Assembly (NCBI GenBank): GCA_051313645.2
Contig: JBNRSN020000026.1
Span: 32,922,001-32,986,000 of the forward strand
DNA length: 64,000 nucleotides
Origin: Centroscyllium fabricii
Taxonomy: Eukaryota
Reading direction: 5' to 3'
Shown: positions 11,768 through 22,360 of the stretch, piece after piece
Position numbering within the stretch: position 1 is the stretch's first letter
Layout: every line of letters begins with the position of its first letter
Notes under the pieces: model-generated
What the model saw: the letters and a program-made list of their open reading frames with translations, nothing else
The model's database searches: none
What the model was told of the DNA's origin: nothing
Made by a program: the position numbers and the translations under genes

Positions 11768-14700
11768 ATGGACGCCATGCTCAAGCCAGCGACGTTCGAA
11801 TTGGACCCCCGAACACCAGGTGCATCAAACACCTTCACACACTAGCACAGTGGCTTTGATGCGTACCTAAAAGCGAACGCAGCGGTCGTGGTGACCGAAG
11901 AGGACAAACGACGGCTCCTCAACGCCCGGGTGGGCCCTCAGGTGTACTCCATGATCGTGGACGCATCATCCTACTTCGATGCCATCAGGATCCTCAAAGC
12001 TGAGTACAACCGGGCACCCAATATCGTCCACGCCAGACATATCCTTGCCACCAGGAAGCAGCAACCCGGTGAGTCCAGTGTGGAATTTCTAAGAGCGCTG
12101 AGAGTGCTTTCGCGGGCCTGTGACTGCAGAGCGCAAACGGCCCCGGTCCATGCGGACAGCCTCATCAGAGATGCGTATGTAACAGGCATCAGGTCGGACT
12201 ATGTAAGACAGAGGCTGTTAGAACAGAACGGCCTTGACCTGCAGGCAACCGCGGATCTGGGAAACGCGCAGGATGTGGCCTCGCTAAATCTCTCATCCTA
12301 CTCCAGCAACTATACGGGCCCAGCCCCGTCATCTTGGACAACGCCGGCGCAACGGCCGGCAGAAGAAATGATCGCAGCCGCTCACGCGAAGACGGCTAAA
12401 TGCTACTTTTGTGGGCAGTCTCAGCACCCGAGACGTAACTGCCCGGCTAGAGAAGCGGCCTGCTCGAAATGTGGAAAAAAAGGACACTATGCTAAGGTCT
12501 GTAAGGCGACCACATCAACCACAAAACCGAAACCGGGCAGCGCCGCGTGTGGAACATGGGAGCAGCCATATTGGACTCAACCATCCCCCACTCGGTACCC
12601 CTCGTGGCAGCAGTCGCCATATTGGACCCAGCCACCCCCTCCGCAGTACACCGCATGGCGGCAGCCATCTTGGGGACCGGCCCCGGAGGACTACTCTTCG
12701 GATCAAGAAGAATCGGCTGACCCAATACTGGCATCAGTGACTCTTGATCAGGACAAGGCCCAATCGCTGGGGAAATCAATGATGCCTGTTGAAGTAAATG
12801 GACAAGAAGTGGTGTGCCTTTTCGACAGTGGGAGCACGGTGAGTTTCATTAATCCCGAGACAGTACAGCGCCTCTCCCTTAAAGTTATACCAGCGCGCCA
12901 AAGAATTTCGATGGCTTCTAAGTCAGAATCTGCGGACGTCTCCAGGCGTTGCGCAGTAGCACTAACTGTTCAGGGCGCGCTCTTCGATAATTTCAGTTTT
13001 TTCGTGCTGCCGCAGCTCTGCGCCCCATTACTCCTGGGCCTGGACTTCCAGTGCCACCTCCAGAGTGTTACCATGGCGTTCGGTGGGCCCCTTCCCTCGC
13101 TCACGGTCAGAAACCGCAGCTCAGCGCAGCACCCCCGACACACTACCTGTGGCCTCTCGATCCTTAAGGTCGCCCCTCCCTCTCTCTTCGCCAACCTCAC
13201 CCCAGACTGCAAGCCCGTCGCCACCAAGAGTAGGCGCTACAGTGCTGGGGACATGGACTTTATTAAGTCCGAGGTGCAGCGCCTCCTGAAAGAGGGGGTC
13301 ATCGAGGCCAGTAATAGCCCCTGGAGGGCGCAGGTAGTGGTGGTCAAAACCGGAGCGAAGAACCGGATGGTTGTGGACTACAGCCAGACCATAAACCGGT
13401 TCACCCAATTAGATGCCTACCCCCTTCCCCGGATAGCGGACATGGTGAACCAGATCGCACAGTTTAGGGTGTTCTCCACCATCGATCTCAAGTCCGCTTA
13501 TCACCAGCTTCCCATCCGCCCAGAGGACCGTCTCTATACAGCCTTCGAGGCTGACGGTCGCCTCTACCATTTTCTTAGGGTCCCGTTTGGCGTCATGAAT
13601 GGGGTCTCGGTCTTCCAAAGGGAGATGGACCGAATGGTCGATCGGTACGGGCTGCGAGCCACTTTCCCGTACCTCGATAATGTGACCATCTGTGGCCACG
13701 ACCAGCAGGACCATGACGCCAACCTCCAGAAATTTCTCCACACCGCCAAAACACTTAATTTGACCTATAACACCGAAAAGTGCGTGTTTAGTACCACCCG
13801 CCTGGCCATCCTCGGCAGTGTTGTGGAGAATGGGGTCATCGGTCCCGACCCAGACCGCATGCGCCCCCTCATGGAGCTTCCCCTCCCCCACTCCCCCAAG
13901 GCCCTTAAACGCTGCTTGGGATTCTTTGCGTACTATGCCCAGTGGGTCCCCAATTACGCGGACAAAGCTCGCCCACTGCTTAAGTCAACCTCTTTTCCCC
14001 TGTCCGCAGAAGCCAGCTCGGCGTTCTGCGACATTAAGACGACATTGCTAAAGCCACGATGCACGCTGTGGACGAGTCCGTCCCGTTCCAGGTTGAGAGC
14101 GATGCATCTGACTTTGCCCTGGCCGCCACCCTTAACCAGGCGGGCAGACCCATGGCCTTCTTCTCGCGTACCCTCCAGGGCCCCGAGACCCGTCACTCCT
14201 CAGTCGAGAAGGAGGCCCAGGCCATCGTTGAAGCAGTGCGTCACTGGAAGCACTACCTGGCCGGCAAGCGTTTTACTCTGTTGACTGACCAACGATCAGT
14301 CGCTTTTATGTTCAACAACAAAGAGCGGGGTAAAATAAAGAACGACAAGATATTAAGGTGGAGAATTGAACTCTCTGCGTTCAACTATGATATCTTGTAC
14401 CGGCCCGGGAAATTTAACGAACCCCCAGACGCCCTATCCCGCGGTACCTGCGCCAGCGCACAGACAGACCGCCTCCAAACCTTACACAATGACCTCTGCC
14501 ACCCGGGGGTCACCAGGTTGGTTCACTTTGTGAAGTCCCGCAACCTCCCCTACTCCATCGAGGAGGTCAAGACCCTGACCAGCAACTGCCAGGTCTGCGC
14601 GGAGTGCAAGCCGCACTTCTGCCGGCCAGACCGGGCGCACTTGATTAAGGCCACTCGCCCCTTTGAACGACTCAGCGTCGATTTCAAAGGGCCCCTTCCC

Positions 14701-15732
14701 TCCTCCAACAGGAATGTGTACTTCCTTAATGTGATTGATGAGTACTCCCGCTTCCCTTTTGCCATCCCCTGCCCGGACATGACCTCCGCCACCGTCATCA
14801 AAGCCCTCAATAGCATCTTCTCCCTGTTCGGCTACCCCAACTACATTCATAGTGACCGGGGGGCGTCCTTTATGAGTGACGAGCTGCGTCAGTTCCTGCT
14901 AGCCAAAGGCATCGCAACTAGCAGGACTACCAGCTACAACCCCCGGGGGAACGGACAGGTAGAGAGGGAGAACGCCACTGTCTGGAAGGCCATCCTGTTA
15001 GCCCTACGGTCTAAGAGCCTCCCAGTCTCCCGATGGCAGGAAGTCCTCCCCGAAGCGCTCCACTCTATCCGGTCCCTCCTGTGTACCGCCACTAATGCCA
15101 CCCCTCACGAAAGACTTTTTGCCTTCCCCAGGAAGTCGGCTTCCGGGACCTCGCTACCATCGTGGCTGCTATCCCCGGGACCGGTCCTACTACGGAAGCA
15201 CGTGAGGGGACACAAGGCAGATCGCCTGGTCGAACGGGTCCACCTCCTGCACGCCAATCCACAGTACGCCTACGTGGCGTTCCCCGACGGGAGGGAGGAC
15301 ACAGTGTCCATAAATGACCTGGCGCCAGCGGGAGTCCCCAAACCCAGCCCCGCCCAGCAGCCCAAGCACCCAAGAAGCCCCGCCCAGCAGCCCGCGCACC
15401 CAAAACGCCACCCCAGCCACAGGCGCCAAGGTACGCTCCCCGGCACGTGGACCCAGTACCCCAGTACGCCCACACGGCACCTGCGAGCAGCACGGCATGG
15501 CCCCCAGCTTGGCTCCACAGCGCACGCCCCCTAGAGTCAGAGGACGAAGGAGAGAGCGCGCCCCCTGCTGTCAGCATAAGGGCACCACCACCCAGAAACC
15601 TACCAACGACCACCACTCGCCAACCGGCACTGGCACCACCACGACAATCGACCGGCCACCCCGCGACCACGGACACCAGCGGTGCGACGCTCGACAAGGA
15701 TCACCAGACCGCCGGAGCGACTTAACTTATGA
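11768..15732 (+). pseudogene. Gypsy gag-pol, disrupted
   Basis: ATG 11768 in frame with ORF 11888; TAG at 11843-11845; two CX2CX4HX4C knuckles; protease LFDSGS; RT IDLKSAYHQ, PFG, YLDN; frameshift near 14040; RNase H ESDASD; integrase HHCC and DDE (VDFKGP, SDRG, GQVERE); tail RRSTRITRPPERLNL* ends at 15732 after further frameshifts. Confidence 0.92.
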
Positions 15733-15788
15733 ATTAAGAACTTTTTCCTTTCACCCCGCCGGACTTTTGTTTTTAAAGAAGGGGTGAA

Positions 15789-16089
15789 TGTGATAAACCA
15801 CTGTTTATCATCGTATTGTATATATACTTAATCCACCTGTATAGATGTAATCGTACCCAATACCATGTACCTGTATATAAACCGGTGACACGATTACTGG
15901 GACATGCCCAGGTCGGCTCCGCTCACGACTCCTCCCTCCCAGGAGGGGGTATATAAGTGGCAGCCTCCCATCCCCCAGCCATACCTGGGGACAGTCGACT
16001 AGCTGGTGTATGTCCCACCTTTTAGTTAATAAAAGCCGCATTGTTTCTCTACTTAACTACTCGTCCATGAGGTCGTTATTTCGGTCACA
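15789..16089 (+). repeat. 3' LTR
   Basis: Direct repeat of 11444-11744, preceded by the PPT. Confidence 0.96.
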
Positions 16090-16108
16090 CACGCCAACTA
16101 CATTTAAT

Positions 16109-16163
16109 GTATTTTTGCACCAAATTCTCTTTGCAATGGCAGGTATTACCACACAGAACAGTG
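16109..16163 (-). repeat. Inverted-repeat arm B'
   Basis: Reverse complement of 11288-11342. Confidence 0.9.
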
Positions 16164-16184
16164 GCTTACAAAGTTAAGAAAGTA

Positions 16185-16657
16185 CAGGTTGAGCACCGTT
16201 AATCCGGCACGGGCGGGACTAGGCCCGTGCCGGGGAAGTGAAAATCGCGAACGATTGAAGCTTTGGCGAGCACATGCGCAGACCATTCAAAATGGCCGCC
16301 GCAAAAGGCCGACGGCCATTTTGAGTGGTCTGCGCACGTGCTTATCGTTCGGGAGGCCTGGCTCTCGCAGCGGCTCGGGGAGATTCGCAGCGGCCAGGCT
16401 CGGGGAGACTCGCAGCGGCCAGGCTCGGGGAGACTCGCAGCGGCCAGGCTCGGGGAGACTCGCAGCGGCCAGGCTCGGGGAGGCAATTTTATATAATCTG
16501 CGCATGCGCTCGCTGTTCGGCGGCGCATGCACAGATCATTCACCGAAGCATTGATCGCGGTGGCCGTTTTGCGCATGCGCAGGACAGTCGGGGAAATTAT
16601 TGCCAGACGTTCGAAGTTGCCAGTTTTTGAGGTAACGGATTAACGGTGCTCAACCTG
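16185..16657. mobile_element. Tigger/pogo-like MITE (type A) with a 25-bp tandem repeat x4
   Basis: TIRs present; unit CTCGCAGCGGCCAGGCTCGGGGAGA. Confidence 0.88.
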
Positions 16658-17074
16658 TCGTAACTTTATTTACAAACAAGTAACACAATGACATAACAAA
16701 TGGCAAATAATAAAAGTGCAATATACCTATAACATAAACACAAAGAATGTCCAGAATGGGTTAATTACCACTAATGAGAACTTCTACTGATTTAGTCCAA
16801 ATGTGTCTGCCAGATTCATGTACAATGTTCTTGTTACTCTGTTGGAAATTCAGTTTCCTTTTTGACCGCCAGCACAATCTTCTGCATTTGAGAAATTTGC
16901 AATCGCTCCAGCCCCACACATTTCAAAGTAACCTTCTGTAAGGTCTGCTGTTAACTGCTTATATGTCAAAACCAACATTTCTGCAAGATCTGAATGGCTG
17001 CCTTTGCAGTTGAAACCAAATGTCCCGAGCAGCCTTTCAATTAACATGCATAATAGTTTCTTAAATCAAATAGT

Positions 17075-17807
17075 GGCCCAGAAATTCGGGTCCCAATGCG
17101 TGAGTACGGATGGGGTACTCACGCATAGGCCCATCCAAAGTGTTGGTTTCGTGCATGCACAGTGCGTGCGCGCGAAACCGGCACTTCCGATCAATGACAG
17201 AAGGGGTCAGGGGTCGGAACGCCTGCACGGGAGCAGCAGCGGGTGTGCAATGCACTTCCGCTTTTTATTTTTTACAGGTTCTGTGTCCGGGTTAGTATGG
17301 AAAAAGTTACGGCTGCTTTTTTAATGTGCAAAGACTGTTTTTCAAGAGTTAAGCGGTGAATTAATTCTTTCTAAAACATTTTTTCTACAGGTTTTTTTAT
17401 TTTTAAATACTTTAAAGAAAGGCAAGTTTATTTTTAGCCCCGTTCAAAACTGTAATTAATTTTTTCAAAAATTTAAATTACTGTTCAAAATAGTCAATGT
17501 AATTGATGGTTATTTTAAAAAGTAAATTTAAAAAAATTTATTTGAAGATTTAGTGATGTTTTAGGGCTTGTAGTTTTCATACTTTTGACAGGTCTTCCTG
17601 TCAAACTTATGAATGGAGCATTCTGTGCTCTGATTGGCCCGCCGTGGCCCACGTGATCCCTTGCACTAACTGAGCCGCTGGGATACGTGAGCGCAGCGCG
17701 CCGGCAGTTGAGGAAGGCCCCGCATCGGAATTCCACGCGGCCCCACAGCTCAACGGCCGGCGTGCTAGGAAGTGCAGGTTGGAGGCTTGCACACGAATTT
17801 CTGGTCC
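17075..17807. mobile_element. Harbinger-like non-autonomous element (same family as 48384-49373, opposite orientation)
   Basis: GGCCCAGAAATTCG...CGAATTTCTGGTCC termini; flanks AGT/AAT. Confidence 0.78.
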
Positions 17808-18438
17808 AATATTTTATCCATCACACTTGTTAGATGGCAAAAAATATAGAACTCGTCAATATAGTAGACTGACTGCCTGCAAATCCGTCTGTTGATGAAC
17901 AAAAACAATTAGTATGTACAAGTCAAATAGTTAACCAACCAATTCTTTATATGAAAGGGAAGCCCTGCAAGTTAAATCATTGTTATATACAGTAAATCAG
18001 ATACCAGTCACACCATAATAGTACTATGGGATGTTTTACATCCTTCTGAACTATTGAAATAAACAGACTGAGCCTTGGTTGAACATCTCATTCAAAAGAT
18101 GGCACCTCCAACAATGCAGCATCCCTCACTTGTAGTACTGATCGGCAGGCTAGATCATGTGCTTAACTGCAAAAGTGCTACCAACAGCCAAGCGGACATG
18201 TTGGTGTATCGCTTATTACAGTATGAATGATCAAACTTAACTCCGAATCAAAAAGCAAATCTCACCGCATGCTGGAATTTTTCTTTTTTTTGTTAATGCT
18301 GGAAACTCTCAACAGGCGAGTCAGCATATTTGAAGAAAACTCATCTGTTCTCTCCACAGATGTTGACTTACCTGTTAAGTGTTACCAGCATTTTCTGTTT
18401 TAATCGGATTCAGTTGATTGAAATATGTTCTGCTTCTG

Positions 18439-18763
18439 CTGTTGAATTGCCATAAAGCCTCTAAGACAGCAGTCACAGGGTTTGTTATGAGCTCATAGAC
18501 CTTCTGTGGTTAGCATTAACTGCTTGAAACCTTTTTCCTCCTGCATTATGAAATTAAGGTGTGGAATAACAATAACAGGCTTATTTATCATGTAAGGCTG
18601 CTTCTGGTAAGGGGTGTCATACAGTTTTCACTGCCACTTCTTATTTTCAGTTATTTTTTTAACTCCTGAAAGAGCCAAGTAGAAACTTTAAGGAGACTGA
18701 AATTTCTCCTTGATCCTTGTGAATGTAATGGAGCAAAACTTGAGTGGTTATCTATCTACTTTA
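18439..18763 (-). repeat. Inverted-repeat arm A' (partner 10968-11286)
   Basis: ctgttgaattgccataaagcc...tctatctacttta is the reverse complement of arm A. Confidence 0.92.
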
Positions 18764-18765
18764 AA

Positions 18766-19527
18766 GTTATTATCTAAATGAAGAGAAACTGCAAAGTGTT
18801 ACAGTACAAAGGGAGCTGGGGGTCCTGGTGCATGAAACACAGAAGGTTAGTCTGCAGGTACAGCAGGTGATCAGGAAGGCCAATGGAATCTTGGCTTTTA
18901 CTGTAAGGGGGATGGAGTATAAAAGCAGGGAAGTCTTGCTGCAGTTATACTGGGTACTGGTGAGGCCACACCTGGAATACAACATACAGTTTTGGTTTTC
19001 ATATTTAAGAAAAGATATACTTGCTCTAGAGGCAGTTCAGAGAAGGTTCACTCGGTTGATTCCAGAGATGAGGGGGTTGACTTATGAGGAAAGGTTGAGT
19101 AGGTTGGGCCTCTACTCATTGGAATTCAGAAGAATGAGAAGCGATCTTATCTAAACATATAAGATTGTGATGGGGCTTGATCGGGTGGATGCGGTGAGGA
19201 TGTTTCCACTGATGGGTGAGACTAGAACTAGGGGGCATAATCTGAGAATAAGGGGTTGCCCTTACAAAACTGAGATGAGGAGAAACTTCTTCACTCAGAG
19301 GGTGGTGAATCTATGGAATTTGCTGCCTCAGAGAGCTGTGGAAGCTGCGACATTAAATAAATTTAAAACGGAGACAGACAGTTTCCTAGCTGATAAGGGA
19401 ATAAGGGGTTACGGTGAGCGGGCAGGGAAGTGGACGTGAGTCTAAGTTCGGATCAGCCATGATCCTATTGAATGGCGGAGCAGGCCCGAGGGGCCGTACG
19501 GCCTACTCCTTGCTTCTTATGTTCTTA
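18766..19527 (+). mobile_element. CR1 (HER1-type) LINE 3' fragment
   Basis: ORF2 C-terminus LVRPHLEY...YEERLSRLGLYSLE...FFTQRVVNLWN and tail gatcagccatgatc...cttatgttctta. Confidence 0.92.
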
Positions 19528-19601
19528 TAAACCTTGAAACCCAAATTTGTACTCAAGGGCATTCAAAACATCATAGTCAATAATTGAAATAAAATGCTTA
19601 C

Positions 19602-19709
19602 TTTTGCGGGTAGAGGGGATACTGTGGTGGGTGACAAACGGCAGGTGATGCTGCTTGCTCCATATAGGTACTGCTTGTTGATGTAGCATCAGATGATGCT
19701 GTAGCAAAT
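19602..19709 (-). CDS. stat5: STAT5 penultimate coding exon
   Basis: (E)FATASSDATSTSSTYMEQAASPAVCHPPQYPLYPQ(N); AG/GT flanks; 108 nt. Confidence 0.95.
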
Positions 19710-20010
19710 CTGTAACCAGCAAGAGTATCAACTCTAAACAGCATAGCAGTTGTTATATTCTTATTTTATTTTTACAAAGTTCATGCACATAATGCAATAA
19801 ACTCCAATATTTCCAGTACAGATCCACCTATAACACTTAACAGCACCTAAAATTCTGATGTTCAACTTATCAAGAGCATAACTACTGCTATGCCATGCTT
19901 CTCTCTACTGAAGGAAATATTTGAGAAGACCACTGCAAAGATCCCACATTAGGAGATTACTCTCGCCATAGGCATTTCTGTATCAACAAATGCATATTGG
20001 TTATCTAGTC

Positions 20011-20319
20011 CAGGGGTCCCCAACCTTTTTGCGACCGCGGCCCATTTTGGGCTTATCACGGACCGGGGTGGGGGGGGTGCTGGCGGGGATTTTTTGCTGA
20101 CCGGGGGGGGGGGGGGGTGCTGCCGGAGAGTTTTTCAATGACCGGGGGGTGGGGATTTTTCCACTGAACGGGGGCGGGGTGTCTTCCGTCTGTGCCTCGT
20201 TCAACGTCTTCCGGCGGCGAATGATCTGCGCATGCGCCGAGGCACAGACCCTTCCGCGGCCCGGTAAGAATGTCCCGCGAACCGGTACCGGGTCGCGGAC
20301 CGGCGGTTGGGGACCACTG
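20011..20319. mobile_element. hAT (Charlie-like) MITE
   Basis: TIR CAGGGGTCCCCAACC...GGTTGGGGACCACTG; perfect 8-bp TSD ATCTAGTC (20003-20010 and 20320-20327). Confidence 0.92.
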
Positions 20320-21068
20320 ATCTAGTCATTGCACATTATTTTTCTAGACTTGTGTGAAAACCCATGTCTAATCATTTGCTGAAACGCAGAGTGGCGTGAA
20401 CATGCTGAAGTGACACAAGGCAGGATGATCTCCCATGGTAGCGGAGGATTTCCCTTCTTCTCCCCATCGACATCCACTATAGGGGCAACAACCGTACTAT
20501 TTAACTTTCATTTTAGCCTTTTCCCAACCAATGATAAACTCTCTTGACATACGAGTATGCCATTATCAGTGAGAATAAGGAAATAACAAGTAAGTTATAA
20601 AACTCTAACAACTGAATACAGATCAATACGAGTCATGCAGCAACTAAAAGTCAAACGCATAAAATTTTAAACCCAAGATATAGCTTTCTGGGTCCAATTT
20701 TAATTTCCAGATCAGAGATATGAATGAGTCATTTAATTGTCACCACTCAACTTTCAGCAAACCGATCTGTATTCACTATACCAAGTGAAACTATTTTGTC
20801 AATTGCTCACTTCACTAACCGTGAGAACACATTCAAACAGAAACAGTTTTAAAAAAGTACTTGATGAACAGAAGCATGTCAGAATCCAGCATTAGTGTCT
20901 TGGTTATTTGGTACAACTATAAAAGCAGTTACACGTGGTAACTGAATGGCAAAGACATAGAGATGATCAGAGACAGAAATCAGACAACCTGTATAATACT
21001 AGGGTATCAAATTAAAACAAGTTTTATCAACAGTGTTTTTGAAAAGGTCACCACAGTAAAGTACTTAC

Positions 21069-21120
21069 TCTGGAACCACCTGTTTGATCTGTGGTTTTAC
21101 ATAGCCATCTATTGCCTTCG
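21069..21120 (-). CDS. stat5: STAT5 phosphotyrosine exon
   Basis: (S)KAIDGYVKPQIKQVVP(E); activating Tyr codon (mammalian Y694/Y699 equivalent) at 21101-21103; 52 nt; AG/GT. Confidence 0.97.
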
Positions 21121-21690
21121 CTACAGTTGGAGATAAAAAGAAAACCAAGGTTATTAGAACATTAATTCATATATACAGTTGAGATTTTTAAAAAATCTAC
21201 AAAATTAAGACACAACTGAAGTAAATCTATACTACAGAATCAAGATGCACACATGATTCACCTATAATGTAAACTGAACTCTAGATTTAAAAGGCAATTG
21301 TTTCAGTGTGCATTGAGACTTCATGAAGTAATATTCACTTTTGCAGACTATAAACCAGGGCATCCATAAAAAAATATCAAGATGAAAGTATTTATTTGCA
21401 ATACCAATCACAAAGTCCCAATGTTTATCATTTGATGAGTAATTTTCTCACCTTTTTATAGGTTTCTCATGCATCAAATACCACAAGATGACCAAGAAAG
21501 CAGACAGATGATCTGCTCCTAGGCCTCTGCTGGTGATGCTTTGTAAACAGTTGCAAGCAACTAAGCAACAATGATACAGAATGATTCATCCCGATTTTCC
21601 TTCTCAGTATGACACTGCCTGGCTTCCAATTTAGCCCCTTTCCCTGACAAGACTGCAGAGTAGTAGAGGCGGCTTTAAACTAATGAGGGG

Positions 21691-21721
<31 letters not shown>

Positions 21722-21968
21722 TTCAGGAAAGAGTAAATTTAAAAGCAGCAAGAGAAATGTCAAGGCTCTGGAGCAGAGTACAGTTTTGGGAAAAAATAAG
21801 CAGAGTGGGTCAGAGAGAGTAACAAAGGCATCAGAGATTAAGGTGACATCAGGGAAAAATGGAAAAAAGTTAAAGCTTAAAGGCACCATATATGAATGCG
21901 CAAAGTATTCTCAACAGAATAGATGAATTAATTGCGCTGATAGACAGTAATAGGTTTGATCTAATAGC

Positions 21969-22360
21969 GGGCGGCACGGTGGCACAGTGGTTAGCACTGT
22001 TGTTTCACAGCACTGGAGACCCGGGTTCAAATCCAGCCTTATGTACTATTTGTGTGGAGTTTGCACATTCTCCCCGTGTCTGCGTGGGTTTCCTCCGGGT
22101 GCTCCGGTTTCCTCCCACAGTCCAAAGATGTGCGGGTTAGGTTGATTGGCCATGATAAATTGACCCTTAGTGTTAGGGGGATTGAATATGTGGGTTTACA
22201 GGGATGGGGTGGGATGTGTGTCAGTGCAGGCTCGATGGGGATCAAGGGATATGGGGAGGGGGCAGGGGCGGGGTACTGGGTTTGGATGATCAGCCATGAT
22301 CTCATTGAATGGCGGAGCAGGCTCGAAGGGCAGAATGGCCTACTCCTGCTCCTAGTTTCT
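21969..22360 (+). mobile_element. HE1-type V-SINE inserted in the CR1 endonuclease region
   Basis: tRNA head, V-core and tail; splits gatctaatagc|attacg. Confidence 0.88.

Larger units (their letters stand above)
11444..16089 (+). mobile_element. Full-length Ty3/Gypsy LTR retrotransposon in the last STAT5 intron, antisense to the gene
   Basis: Two 301-bp LTRs TGTGA...TCACA; 5-bp TSD CACGC (11439-11443 and 16090-16094); PPT AAAGAAGGGGTGAA at 15775-15788; PR-RT-RH-IN domain order. Confidence 0.97.

Noticed and set aside
14482-15787. Antisense and alternative-frame ORFs in the Gypsy element as env or extra genes
   Set aside because: GC-rich shadow frames of pol and its frameshifted tail; no signal peptide or transmembrane segment, and no room before the PPT.
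7455-16480. Regular 23-32-bp repeats as CRISPR-like arrays
   Set aside because: Head-to-tail units with no unique spacers, in eukaryotic DNA; they are minisatellites.
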